Source: Acidobacteriota bacterium
Lineage (GTDB): Bacteria > Zixibacteria > MSB-5A5 > GN15 > FEB-12
Assembly: GCA_035529075.1 (NCBI GenBank)
Contig: DATKXK010000010.1
Location: 165,401-229,400, forward strand
DNA length: 64,000 nt
Reading direction: 5' to 3'
Shown: one piece after another, positions 17,861 to 27,534 of the stretch
Layout of the letters: each line of letters starts with the position of its first letter
Numbering within the stretch: position 1 is the stretch's first letter
Translations under genes and position numbers: made by a program
The notes under the pieces: model-generated
Seen by the model: only the letters and a program-made list of their open reading frames with translations
Told to the model about the DNA's origin: nothing
The model's database searches: none

Positions 17861-19023
17861 TGGCTAAACAGGATTACTACGAGGTCCTCGGCGTTGATCG
17901 GAGTGCCGGATCCGACGAGATCAAGTCGGCGTACCGGAAAAAGGCGATGCAGTACCATCCGGATCGCAACCCGGGCAGCAAGGACGCCGAAGATAAGTTC
18001 AAGGAGGCCACCGAGGCCTACGAGGTTCTCAAGGACCCGGACAAGCGTCGCCTGTTTGACCAGTACGGGCACGCCGGCCTGGCCCAGGGGGCGGGCTTCG
18101 GCGGTTTCGGCGGATTCGAGCACTTTGATCTCGGGGATGCCCTGCGGGCATTCATGCGTGACTTTGGCGGGGGCGGGTCGATCTTCGACGAGTTCTTCGG
18201 CATGGGTATGTCCGGGGGATCTCGTCGCCGCGTCAACCGCGGTGAGGACCTGCGGGTGCGGATCACCCTGACCCTCGAGGAGATCGCCGGTGGGGTTGAG
18301 CGCAAGATCAAAGTCAAGCGCCAGGTTCGCTGCGACACCTGCGGCGGCACCGGCTCGGCCGCCGGATCGTCAAGAAAAACATGTCCCCAGTGCCGGGGGT
18401 CCGGTCAGATGCGAAGGCTTTCACGGACCTTCCTCGGCACCGTCCAGCAGGTGAGCACGTGCGACATGTGCCGCGGCGACGGTGAGATCATCGGGGACCC
18501 GTGCAGGACCTGCAGCGGAGCCGGCCGGCACCAGGGCTCCACGATGGTCAATATCAAGATTCCGCCCGGTGTCTCCAGCGGCAACTACATGACCATCGAG
18601 AACATGGGCAACGCGGCGCCCCGCAACGGTGAGCCGGGCGATCTTATTGCCGTGTTCGAAGAAAAAGAACATCCCCAATTCACCCGCCACGGCGACCACG
18701 TCGTGTACGAGTTGCCCGTTTCGTTCACGACCGCCGCCCTCGGCGGTGAGTTGACCGTCCCTACGTTAGCCGGCGAGACAACGCTGAAAGTACCTGCGGG
18801 CACGCAATCCGGCAAGGTGATCAAGATGCGCGGCAGGGGCATTCCGCGCCTTCATGGCACCGGTCGGGGGGACCACCTGGTCCAGATTACGGTGTGGGTG
18901 CCGACCAGGCTCTCCGCCGAGGACAAGCGGCACCTGGAAAAACTGGCCGGTTCCGAATCGTTTCAGCCGCCGTCGGCCGACCGATCGTTCTTCCAGAAGT
19001 TGCGCGAGACGCTGGGAGTGTGA
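17860..19023 (+). CDS. dnaJ: molecular chaperone DnaJ
   Basis: J domain (DYYEVLGV...[13 protein letters not shown]), G/F region and four CxxCxGxG zinc-finger motifs. The ATG overlaps the dnaK stop (TGATG). Confidence 0.95.
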   Translation: MAKQDYYEVLGVDRSAGSDEIKSAYRKKAMQYHPDRNPGSKDAEDKFKEATEAYEVLKDPDKRRLFDQYGHAGLAQGAGFGGFGGFEHFDLGDALRAFMRDFGGGGSIFDEFFGMGMSGGSRRRVNRGEDLRVRITLTLEEIAGGVERKIKVKRQVRCDTCGGTGSAAGSSRKTCPQCRGSGQMRRLSRTFLGTVQQVSTCDMCRGDGEIIGDPCRTCSGAGRHQGSTMVNIKIPPGVSSGNYMTIENMGNAAPRNGEPGDLIAVFEEKEHPQFTRHGDHVVYELPVSFTTAALGGELTVPTLAGETTLKVPAGTQSGKVIKMRGRGIPRLHGTGRGDHLVQITVWVPTRLSAEDKRHLEKLAGSESFQPPSADRSFFQKLRETLGV

Positions 19024-19025
19024 CG

Positions 19026-19910
19026 ATGGCCGCGCTCAAGCCGCAAGGATACATCGAGGTGCAGGTTGACGTCCCGTCGCAGGTAGCCGACGCGGTTTGC
19101 AGTTTCATCACCGACAACCTCTGCCCCGGTCTGGTCCTTGAAGAAGAAGAAGGCAGCCCGTCCGTTGGCATAATCTTCTACGTGCCCCAGGCGCAGAAGC
19201 GAACTTTTCGGAAGCCGCTGACTGCCTACCTCTCGCAACTCGTGGGTGAGGCGATGCCGTCCGTGCCGCCGATTCGCGAGCATACGATTGAAGCCGCCGA
19301 TTGGGAAGAAGAGTACAGGATGTCCGTCAAGCCCGTTCTCGTGGCTCCGGACGTCCTGGTGCGCCCGGTCTGGCGCGAACCTGAGACGGCGGTCGCGTAC
19401 GATATCGTCATCGAGCCGAAAATGGCCTTTGGAACCGGCGCGCACGAGACGACGCAGAGCTGCCTGCGGGCAGTCCGCGAGCATTTCCAACCTGGTATGC
19501 GATTCCTGGACATGGGTTGCGGCTCCGGCATTCTCTCCATACTGGCCGACAAGATGGGAGCTTCGTACATCAGGGCCGTCGACTACGACCTGACGGCGGT
19601 GGAGAACTGCCGGGAGAACCTCGCGGTGAACCGCGTGGTGACTCGCCATGACGTTCTGTTCGGGTCCATTGACAAGTGCGACCGCGATGAACCGTATCAG
19701 TTCGTCTGCGCCAACATCATCAAAAGCACCATTCTCTCCATGCTGGACCGGCTGCTGAGCCTGACCGCCCCGGGCGGCTTTCTCGTGCTCTCCGGCTTGC
19801 TGGAACCCGACCGGGACGAGGTGGTCGAGGCGCTTCGGCGGCGCGGACAGAACGGCTACTCGACCGAAGTCGCCGACAAGTGGATCACGTATACGATTCG
19901 CAAGGTATAG
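19026..19910 (+). CDS. prmA: ribosomal protein L11 methyltransferase
   Basis: Track ORF 18894..19910. The ATG at 19026 lies 2 nt after the dnaJ stop. Motifs FGTGAHETT and DMGCGSGILSI are PrmA-type SAM-methyltransferase signatures. Confidence 0.85.
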   Translation: MAALKPQGYIEVQVDVPSQVADAVCSFITDNLCPGLVLEEEEGSPSVGIIFYVPQAQKRTFRKPLTAYLSQLVGEAMPSVPPIREHTIEAADWEEEYRMSVKPVLVAPDVLVRPVWREPETAVAYDIVIEPKMAFGTGAHETTQSCLRAVREHFQPGMRFLDMGCGSGILSILADKMGASYIRAVDYDLTAVENCRENLAVNRVVTRHDVLFGSIDKCDRDEPYQFVCANIIKSTILSMLDRLLSLTAPGGFLVLSGLLEPDRDEVVEALRRRGQNGYSTEVADKWITYTIRKV

Positions 19911-19913
19911 CCA

Positions 19914-20660
19914 GTGCAGCCGCCCGTGTTTTATGCGCCGCCGGAGTGTCGGGTCGAGGGAATGATCCACCTGCCCGAAAGCGAGGCTCGCCACGCCGCC
20001 GCCGTGCTGCGGTTGGTGCCGGCATCGACCGTAATCGTCATCGACGGGCTCGGTACGGCCTGCCGTGGCGAACTCGTCGAGGTATCCCGTCGCAAAGCCA
20101 CCGTGCGCGTGCACGCGGAACATCGTAACTTCGGGGAGCCGGGCGTTCGCCTGACGCTTGCTGCCGGGATGTCCACGGGCGACAAGTTCGATTCCGTAGT
20201 GCAGAAAGGGACGGAACTGGGCGTGAAGCGATTCGTCCCTATCCTGGCGGAGAAGTCGAAGGTGACAGTGACTGACCCGGGACGTGCCCGTACGCGCGTC
20301 AGGCGGCTGGAAAAGGTTGCCCTGGCGGCGGCCAAGCAGTGTCGCCGGGCATACCGGCCGGAAATCGCCCTGCCCACCGATTTCTTGAAGTTTCTCGGCG
20401 AGCAGGACGAAGAGAGCCTCAAGCTGCTGTTTCATACCGGTAGCGATGCCGTTCCTTTCCAGAGTGTCGACTTAGCGGCGGATACCCGCCGCGTGACCCT
20501 CCTGGTGGGGCCGGAATCGGGCTTTTCCGATGACGAGGCGCGGCAGGCCCGGCAGGCCGGTTTCCGGCAGGTGGCGCTCGGGGCCAGGATACTGCGCACC
20601 GAAACGGCCGGACCGGTGGCGGTAGCGCTTGTCATGCAGCGTCTGGGCGAGTTCAGTTAG
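19914..20660 (+). CDS. rsmE: 16S rRNA (uracil1498-N3)-methyltransferase RsmE
   Basis: 248 aa. LLVGPESGFS..E........G......LG.RILRTETA is the RsmE/SPOUT C-terminal signature. Position after prmA matches Bacillus-type operons. Confidence 0.85.
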   Translation: MQPPVFYAPPECRVEGMIHLPESEARHAAAVLRLVPASTVIVIDGLGTACRGELVEVSRRKATVRVHAEHRNFGEPGVRLTLAAGMSTGDKFDSVVQKGTELGVKRFVPILAEKSKVTVTDPGRARTRVRRLEKVALAAAKQCRRAYRPEIALPTDFLKFLGEQDEESLKLLFHTGSDAVPFQSVDLAADTRRVTLLVGPESGFSDDEARQARQAGFRQVALGARILRTETAGPVAVALVMQRLGEFS

Positions 20661-20665
20661 GCGCG

Positions 20666-21472
20666 TTGCTGCCGATAATCCATTTGGTGGAAGCAATTCT
20701 CAACTATCTGATCGCGGGTCTTCTCGGGCTGGCCGTCGGCTCGTTTCTGAACGTTGTCATTTACCGGCTGCCCCGCAGGGAGCGAATCCGCACCGGCCGG
20801 TCTGCCTGTGTCCACTGCCGGCACCCGCTGAAGTGGTACCACAACATACCCGTTGTGAGTTACGCCTGTCTTCGGGGACGGTGCGCGTTCTGCGGCGGAC
20901 GCATTTCTCCTCGGTACCCGGCCGTCGAACTGATCACCGCAGGCTTGTACCTGTACCTGCTGTGGCAATTCGGCCTTGCCCTGGAGTCCTTTATCTTCGC
21001 GTACATATTCTCTGCCCTGGTGGCGATATTCTTCATTGATCTGGAGCATCAAATCATTCCTGACGTCATCACGCTGCCGGGTATCGTTCTGGGCGTGGCG
21101 GTCTCTCTGCTGCCGGGCGGGATGAGCATCCTGTCGTCCCTGCTGGGCCTGGTCGTCGGCGGCGGTTCCCTGTACCTGATCGCTCTTCTCGGTGACTGGC
21201 TGTTCAAGAAGGATTCCATGGGCGGCGGCGACATCAAGCTGGCCGCGATGCTTGGCGCCTTCCTTGGCTGGCAAAAGGTCCTTTTCGTATTCGTGGCGTC
21301 GGCGGCCATAGGGCTGGCAGTCGCGCTGGTCTTGATGGCGTTCTCGCGCGGATTGCGGCGGCACCGCGTGATACCGTTCGGTCCTTTCCTGGCCGTTGCC
21401 GCCATGCTGGCGGCGGTGTGGGGCGACCGGATAGTAGGTTTCTACGTAGATCACTTCCTGGGCCTTCCATAG
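20666..21472 (+). CDS. pilD: prepilin peptidase (A24 family)
   Basis: GSFLNVVIYRLP, the four-Cys cluster CVHCRHPL...CLRGRCAFCG and the catalytic GGGDIKL motif. The start codon is uncertain (TTG at 20666). Confidence 0.85.
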   Translation: MLPIIHLVEAILNYLIAGLLGLAVGSFLNVVIYRLPRRERIRTGRSACVHCRHPLKWYHNIPVVSYACLRGRCAFCGGRISPRYPAVELITAGLYLYLLWQFGLALESFIFAYIFSALVAIFFIDLEHQIIPDVITLPGIVLGVAVSLLPGGMSILSSLLGLVVGGGSLYLIALLGDWLFKKDSMGGGDIKLAAMLGAFLGWQKVLFVFVASAAIGLAVALVLMAFSRGLRRHRVIPFGPFLAVAAMLAAVWGDRIVGFYVDHFLGLP

Positions 21473-21526
21473 GGCCGAGCCGATTCTTAATTCTGCCGCC
21501 GAAATTCCGATTGATCAGGCGTAACC

Positions 21527-23371
21527 ATGGCCAGACCGCGAAACAAGTTCGAAGCCGAAGTACATCTCGGTTTTCTCGTCATCGTCAGTCTGCTGTTGCT
21601 GCTGAACTTCGTCTCCAATTTCGTCGTGTACAGGGCACGTTCGGCGGACCAGACGGGACTGTCCGGGCATCTTCGGCAGACTTCCCTGGCGATCAGCCGC
21701 GCGGTTCAGCAGAAGCTGCCGCAGCCGCTGTCGGACGCCGAAGTGCGTGACCTTGCGGTCCGGCACGACCTGAGCGATTTGATCGTGATTCCCTCGCAGC
21801 CGGCCGAAGATACGCGCGATGCCAGGCGGCAGTGGTTTGCCACCATGGCCCACAACTTCCCGCCCGGGGAACTCCCCCGGATGGCCGAGAAACTCGTGCG
21901 GGCGGAATACCAGCAGTTGACGCGAGGCGACGGCGACGAGTACTTCTACGTCTATCCGATGCCGGTGAAAGCCGGGCGAAGTCTGCTGGTGCTTACGGTC
22001 GAGCGTGCCAACCTTGCGTATCTTGACGATTCCAGAAAGGTGCTCACTTTCATCCTGCCGTGGTCAGTGGTCATTGTTCTGGTTACCTATCTCATCCTTT
22101 CGCGGTTCATCTTCAGCCCGTTTCGCAAGCTCAAGGAACAGGCCACTCGGGCCGGTCGCCGAGTCGAAGAGGGGGGTAACGAGGCCGAGGCGCTGGTCGA
22201 CGAGTACAGGCAGGTTATAGAGCGCCTCAGGCAGAAGGAGGCCGAGCTTCTCAAGCTCAACGCCTCAATCCAGAGCCGCGTGGACTCACTCGAGCAGTTC
22301 AACCGGTACCTCCTGTCCTCCAGCGATTCCGGCATTGTCACGATGGACGAGCAGGGTCTTGTGCTGTCGCTCAACGACGCCGCGCGGCGGATTCTGCAAC
22401 TTGACGACGAACGCGACATCGGCACGCGCTGCGAGGAACTGATTGCCAGCTATCCCGAGCTCGGCCGACGGGTGTTTCGGGCGCTAAGGGGCGGCGACTA
22501 CGAGGGCTACCGGGAACTTTCCCTCAAGCGCCGGGACGCCGACGATCTGGTCGTCGGGGTCACCATATCGCCCATTAAAGATTACGACGAACAGACAGTG
22601 GGCGTATCCGTGCTGCTGAACGACCTGACCGAGCTGGCCCGCCTTCGCCGTGAACTCGAACAGAAAAACCGGCTGGTCGCGCTGGGCGAGATGGCCGGGG
22701 GGCTGGCGCACCAGTTGCGCAACGCCCTTGGCACAATCGCCGGTTACGGGCGGCTGGTGTGTCGGCGGCTGGTCAACTGCGGTCAGCCCACGGACAACAT
22801 CGACGCCCTGCTTCAGGAGACGACTGAGGCGGAAACCCTGATCGGGCGCTTTCTCAATTTCGCGCGACCGCTGTATTTCATCCCCTCGCCCGTCGACGTG
22901 CGTTCCCTGATCGAAGAAACGGTCGGATCTTTTCGCGTGCGCGAAGAATCCCGGTCGGCCGAATTCTCAATTTCGTTTGAGGGCAACCAGACGGTTCAGG
23001 GCGACGCCGCCCTGCTGAGGCAGGCACTGGTCAACATCCTGGACAACGCCGTCCTGGCCTACCCCGAGGGCCGGGGGACGGTGGCAATCTCATCGGTCGA
23101 GGTCGGTGGCGGCGTACGGATAGAAATAAAGGATTTCGGTACGGGAATCGCAGAGACCGAGCTGGACAGCATCTTTACTCCGTTTTTCTCCAATCGTCCT
23201 TCGGGCACCGGGCTGGGGCTGTCCCTGGCGCGGAAAATTCTCGATCTGCACGGCGGGCGAGTCACGGTCACCTCCAGAGTCGGGCAGGGAAGTGTCTTTA
23301 CGTTGTTCCTGCCCTGCCGGCCGTGCGCGAAGTCAGTGCCGGCGGATCAGGCGCCTGCCGGGTCAGTGTAG
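21527..23371 (+). CDS. membrane sensor histidine kinase (NtrB/PilS-like HisKA plus HATPase_c)
   Basis: Two TM segments flank a periplasmic region, followed by a PAS-like segment. H-box LAHQLRNALGTI. N/G boxes NILDNAV..., DFGTGI and GTGLGLS. Confidence 0.85.
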   Translation: MARPRNKFEAEVHLGFLVIVSLLLLLNFVSNFVVYRARSADQTGLSGHLRQTSLAISRAVQQKLPQPLSDAEVRDLAVRHDLSDLIVIPSQPAEDTRDARRQWFATMAHNFPPGELPRMAEKLVRAEYQQLTRGDGDEYFYVYPMPVKAGRSLLVLTVERANLAYLDDSRKVLTFILPWSVVIVLVTYLILSRFIFSPFRKLKEQATRAGRRVEEGGNEAEALVDEYRQVIERLRQKEAELLKLNASIQSRVDSLEQFNRYLLSSSDSGIVTMDEQGLVLSLNDAARRILQLDDERDIGTRCEELIASYPELGRRVFRALRGGDYEGYRELSLKRRDADDLVVGVTISPIKDYDEQTVGVSVLLNDLTELARLRRELEQKNRLVALGEMAGGLAHQLRNALGTIAGYGRLVCRRLVNCGQPTDNIDALLQETTEAETLIGRFLNFARPLYFIPSPVDVRSLIEETVGSFRVREESRSAEFSISFEGNQTVQGDAALLRQALVNILDNAVLAYPEGRGTVAISSVEVGGGVRIEIKDFGTGIAETELDSIFTPFFSNRPSGTGLGLSLARKILDLHGGRVTVTSRVGQGSVFTLFLPCRPCAKSVPADQAPAGSV

Positions 23372-23431
23372 AAAAGTGCTTGGGGAATCGCCCCGTTTTG
23401 CTATATTTGAGACTGGTTTTCAGGAGGACGT

Positions 23432-23992
23432 ATGTATTCAGTCTCAGATTTTCGGCGGGGTTTGCCGGTTGTGGTTGATGATCAGCCGTACTACGTGGTT
23501 GAGTTTCAGCACTTCAAGATGGGCCGTGGCAAGGCCAACGTTCGGACCAAACTAAAGCACATCAAGACCGGCGCGGTGATCGAGAAGGTCTTTTCCTCTA
23601 ACGACACTTTCAAGCCCCCCGACCTCGAGAATCGCAAAATGCAGTACCTTTACGAGGATGGCGGCGAATTCGCATTCATGGATTCGACGACGTTTGAGCA
23701 GCTTCAGGTTCTCGCCGGCAACCTCGGCGAGGCCCGCTGGTACCTCCTGGAAAACCAGGAATACACTGTTCTGTTTCTTGATAACGAGGCTATCGCCGTC
23801 GACCTGTCGGCCTCGGTCATTCTGGAAGTTGTCAAAACCGAACCGGCCGTCCGGGGGGACACGGTCAGCAACGTCACGAAGCCGGCTACGCTGCAAACCG
23901 GGCTCGTGGTCAAGGTTCCGCCATTCGTCAAAGAGGGCGACAAGGTCAAGGTGGACACCCGCACCGGCCGTTACCTGGAACGAGCAAACTGA
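23432..23992 (+). CDS. efp: elongation factor P
   Basis: 186 aa. The sequence (MYSVSDFRRGLPVVVDDQPYYVVEFQHFKMGRGKANVRTKLK...) is collinear with EF-P. Confidence 0.95.
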   Translation: MYSVSDFRRGLPVVVDDQPYYVVEFQHFKMGRGKANVRTKLKHIKTGAVIEKVFSSNDTFKPPDLENRKMQYLYEDGGEFAFMDSTTFEQLQVLAGNLGEARWYLLENQEYTVLFLDNEAIAVDLSASVILEVVKTEPAVRGDTVSNVTKPATLQTGLVVKVPPFVKEGDKVKVDTRTGRYLERAN

Positions 23993-23995
23993 CGG

Positions 23996-24649
23996 GTGAG
24001 CGCATCCCGGCGGATCATAGGCGTTGACGAATCCGGCAAGGGTGACTTCTTCGGCCCGCTGGTCGTGGCTGCCCTGCTGGCGGACGATGCTCAGACGACC
24101 GAACTGACTAAGATCGGGGCCAGGGATTCCAAGAAAATAGCCAACGGGCGGCTGCTCGAGATCGATACTGAACTCCGTCGTATCTTTCCCCACGCCGTGG
24201 TCGTCATCTCACCCGAAGAATACAACGATCGCTACGAACAGATACGAAACCTCAACAAACTGCTGGCCGCAGGTCACGTCCGCGCTATCGAACTGGTGCT
24301 GCTAAAATCGGAGGCGGAGATTGCGATCTCCGACAAATTCGGCAAGACCGAGCTGATTGAGACGGCCATGCGAGAGCGCGGTCATACGCTGCCGTTGCAG
24401 CAGTTGGTTCGCGGCGAGGCAATCCCACAGGTGGCGGCTGCCTCGGTCCTGGCCCGTGCCGCTTTCATTCGGCAAATGCAGGAGCTGTCCCGCCTGATCG
24501 GTGTCCGGCTTCCGCTGGGAGCGGCCAGGCAGGTGGACGAGGCAGGACGTCGCGTCGTGGCGACCCACGGCGTCGGTATACTGCGCAAAATCGCCAAAAT
24601 GCACTTCAAGAACTACAGTCGAGTCGTCAATCCCCGGCTGGATCTCTGA
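23996..24649 (+). CDS. type 2 RNase H, RNase HIII-like catalytic domain without the usual N-terminal domain
   Basis: 217 aa. The motif GVDESGKGDFFGPLVVAA matches the RNase HIII DESGKGD(Y/F)FGPL signature rather than the RNase HII D(E)xGRGPLAGP. The ORF cannot extend upstream, because an in-frame TGA lies two codons before the GTG. Confidence 0.7.
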   Translation: MSASRRIIGVDESGKGDFFGPLVVAALLADDAQTTELTKIGARDSKKIANGRLLEIDTELRRIFPHAVVVISPEEYNDRYEQIRNLNKLLAAGHVRAIELVLLKSEAEIAISDKFGKTELIETAMRERGHTLPLQQLVRGEAIPQVAAASVLARAAFIRQMQELSRLIGVRLPLGAARQVDEAGRRVVATHGVGILRKIAKMHFKNYSRVVNPRLDL

Positions 24650-24659
24650 ACTTTACGGG

Positions 24660-24692
24660 CAAAAAAAGCCGGACCCGGTCCGGCTTTTTTTC
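24660..24692. terminator. bidirectional Rho-independent terminator
   Basis: AAAAAAA-GCCGGAC-CCG-GTCCGGC-TTTTTTT between convergent genes. Confidence 0.75.
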
Positions 24693-24731
24693 AGGTCGGC
24701 GGCAGTAACCCTCTACGCCGTTCGATTTGTA

Positions 24732-25046
24732 TCAGCTTCCTTCGTTCGGGTTTTTCCAGTCGTCCGGATTGTAGATATCCTGATCTTCATCCTTGTCGAT
24801 CCTGATTTCACCGATGATGTCGTCGTCCGCGTCCTGTTCCTCGTTGTCGAATTCGTACCCGTAGGTAAGCAAATCGTCCATGGTGAAGCCGTCGGAATCG
24901 ATGTCGTCCTCGGACGTGATGCCAAGGCTCAAGTCGGTAATGGTCGGGCTGGTGGGCGGATCGGATTCCTGAGAACAGCCAACGCATAACAGGCAGCCTG
25001 CCAGGATCAGTCCCAGCAACAGAGTAGACATAGATCTAGCTTGCAT
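24732..25046 (-). CDS. small acidic lipoprotein with dockerin/EF-hand-like Asp-rich segments
   Basis: Strong SD (GGAGGGAGG) before the ATG. Lipobox LILAGC. The mature part is Asp/Glu rich with DIDSDGFTMDDL and IDKDEDQDIYNPDD. Confidence 0.6.
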   Translation of the reverse strand: MQARSMSTLLLGLILAGCLLCVGCSQESDPPTSPTITDLSLGITSEDDIDSDGFTMDDLLTYGYEFDNEEQDADDDIIGEIRIDKDEDQDIYNPDDWKNPNEGS

Positions 25047-25337
25047 GATTTCCTCCCTCCGCCGACGTGACGGCAGTCAGTTGAACTTATCCCTCTGGTA
25101 CTGCGAAACACCGCAATCCGGATGCCGGACCGGGAGAGTCCGACGAACCCGTTGATTTACAACGGGTTACGCAACCCGGAAGGCCGTGCTCCGGAGCGAA
25201 CGACGGGAAATGGATAGGCCTGCGTCCGCAGTCAGTGGGCGGAGGGCTATCGATGCCGGCTAACCTCGGTCCGGTAAGTGCCGATAACTGTAGTGATTAC
25301 AGTAGAATCCACCGTATCTCGGCGCGAGGGAGGTGCC

Positions 25338-27389
25338 ATGACTCCAGAGATTGCCGATTGGCTTGTCTCGCTGTTCTTTCTGCTTGCGCTCCTGCTGGTT
25401 CTGAGGTTCAAGAAACAGGTCGGAGTCGAAAGCAGGCGAAGTTATAACCAGATTGCCGTCGGGCTGGCGATCCTGGCCCTGGTAGCAGTCTCCCGCGTGC
25501 ACAGCAACGCCGGCCTGTTCAACTCGGTTCCGTTTCTATCCGAGCCGGTCTTCTATGAACTGGTCATCTGGATTGCCGCCATCTTCGGGGCCGCCATGCT
25601 GGTAGGCGGAGTATCTCACTGGCTGCCGGCCATTCGTGCATACCGCAGGTACAACGAAACGAAAGTACATCACCTGGAGTTTCTCAAACGTCTGGAACAA
25701 CTGGTCAGCGTGGAAGGTCGCCTGGACACGGTACTCGCTACGACCGTGGATTACATGATGGAACATTTCGGCTTTAAAGACGGCGCCGCGGTAAAGCTCT
25801 CCCGCGGCGGGACGCTTCACCTCACTGCCAAGAGCCGGAATCTCGGGCTTGACCGGGGACGCATGTACCGTCTGTCATTCAGCAAGACCGGCTGGCAGAA
25901 GTACCTCGACGGCACACCGGCGCAATCGGCCGGTATCATCACCGGCCTGGCGGACTTGGGTGGGCATCCGCAGGTGGTCCTGCCGGTTTCCGTGGCCAAT
26001 CGTCCGGTGGCGTTCTTCCTCCTCTGGCGTTCGCGAGACACGAACTGTGATCATGACGACGAACTGAACCTGCGAATAGCGGGCGACATCATTGCCCGGA
26101 AGATACAGCTGGATCAGGTCAAGCTTCACCGACAGTGGCTGCGCGGTCGTGATCGGCAGCGGCTGAATCTGGAGCGGGCCTTCGACAGCGCGCCGGATCT
26201 GAAATCACAAATGACCGCCCTGGCCAACGGCGTCACGGACCTGTCGACGGCCGACGTCCTGTCGCTGCTGCTCGTCGATGAACGTCAGCCGAAGGCGACA
26301 CGGGTTACCGTGGGCGACAGTGGCACCGTGCTGGTCGAGCATCTTGACGAACGACCTGGTCCGAACACGCTTGCGGGCCGGCTGCTTGACTCGGACAGGG
26401 TCCGGATCATCGAGGATATTGGTCAGGCAGGTGACGTCACCGTTGATGAATTCCTCCGCGTGCATAACTTGAAATCGCTCGTGGCCCTACCGCACCGAGT
26501 TTCCGGCACGCGGGCCCTGTTTGTCGCCGGCTCACGACGATTACGCCAGTTTGATGACTCCACGGCCGCAGCCGTCGAGACCATTCGCCCCTTCCTGGCC
26601 CGAATCCTGCTGGGTTACCAGGCGCAGGCAGTCGCAGCGGCCTATCAACGCCGGGCTGCCCGGCTGAACGGGCTTACCACCCACGTGACCGCCTCGGCCG
26701 GAGTGAAACCGGCGTGCGATTATGCCGCCCGCCTGCTGGCCGACGAACTCGATCTCGACTTCGTGCGCATCTCACTGTTAGACGGGGAAGCAGCCTTTCT
26801 TGAATCGCGCGCCCTGGTTGTGCGCGGATTTACGACGGGCATGGTGCCGGAGAACGGTACGATGGTGCTATCACTGATGCCCCAGCACGAAAGAGTGATC
26901 CAGCGCGGTGAGGTCGTCCTGATTCAGAGCGGACGGGAGCCTGCCGCCCTGTCGGAAATAGAGGCTTCTCAGGTATTCGCGCCCGTGCTCGGCCCGGTTT
27001 GCCTGATGCCGATTACCGGCGCCGGCCGGGTCGTGGGCGTCCTGAGCCTGGCAGCCGCCGGCGCGGCGGCACGCAGCGGATTCGAAGCTGAAGAAATGCA
27101 GTTTGTCGCTTCCGTTGCGGAACTGCTCGCCCTTGCCGCTCGCCTCTCGGTTCGCACGCCGGATCTGCGGCCCGGGGTTATGCCGGCGGGACCGGAGCCG
27201 GTCGGCGAACAGATGGAGACAGCGCTGAAAAGCCGTGTCAGATCTCCTCTGACGGGTATTCTGGGCTCGGTGGAAATGCTCAGGTCCCGGCCGCAGGCGG
27301 ATCAGGAGCAGGTAAACCGCTACCTGTCGATAATCGACCGCTCGGCTCGCAGGATCAGCGCATACCTGCATGAGGAGGCCGGAAGCTGA
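25338..27389 (+). CDS. membrane protein with tandem GAF-like domains and a C-terminal DHp-like helix pair lacking the phospho-accepting His and any ATPase domain
   Basis: Track ORF 25278..27389. The ATG at 25338 follows GAGGGAGG. About three N-terminal TM helices. The C-terminus KSRVRSPLTGILGSVEMLRS...YLSIIDRSARRIS aligns with the HisKA H-box (SHELRTPL) with Ser in place of His. The ORF stops 53 aa later. Confidence 0.75.
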   Translation: MTPEIADWLVSLFFLLALLLVLRFKKQVGVESRRSYNQIAVGLAILALVAVSRVHSNAGLFNSVPFLSEPVFYELVIWIAAIFGAAMLVGGVSHWLPAIRAYRRYNETKVHHLEFLKRLEQLVSVEGRLDTVLATTVDYMMEHFGFKDGAAVKLSRGGTLHLTAKSRNLGLDRGRMYRLSFSKTGWQKYLDGTPAQSAGIITGLADLGGHPQVVLPVSVANRPVAFFLLWRSRDTNCDHDDELNLRIAGDIIARKIQLDQVKLHRQWLRGRDRQRLNLERAFDSAPDLKSQMTALANGVTDLSTADVLSLLLVDERQPKATRVTVGDSGTVLVEHLDERPGPNTLAGRLLDSDRVRIIEDIGQAGDVTVDEFLRVHNLKSLVALPHRVSGTRALFVAGSRRLRQFDDSTAAAVETIRPFLARILLGYQAQAVAAAYQRRAARLNGLTTHVTASAGVKPACDYAARLLADELDLDFVRISLLDGEAAFLESRALVVRGFTTGMVPENGTMVLSLMPQHERVIQRGEVVLIQSGREPAALSEIEASQVFAPVLGPVCLMPITGAGRVVGVLSLAAAGAAARSGFEAEEMQFVASVAELLALAARLSVRTPDLRPGVMPAGPEPVGEQMETALKSRVRSPLTGILGSVEMLRSRPQADQEQVNRYLSIIDRSARRISAYLHEEAGS

Positions 27390-27534
27390 GCGCGTCCACG
27401 ACGTAACCTGCCCGCGAGCCACGCAACGGTCCGGTCCGGGCCGCCACGAGATACCGCTTTACGGTCGTAAGGGGGACTCCCTGCCGTTTAAGAAACCGGT
27501 TGCCTTTTCCGGCTAATCAAGTATATTGGCCGGT

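Noticed and set aside
25073-25236. Direct 9-nt repeat GCAGTCAGT (25073 and 25228) and a 9-bp hairpin AACCCGTTG-ATTTA-CAACGGGTT (25148-25170) in the 290-nt intergenic region upstream of the GAF protein.
   Set aside because: The repeat is short enough to be chance. The hairpin has no U-tract, and I could not match it to a riboswitch or other RNA family. It is noted but not strong enough to be a finding.
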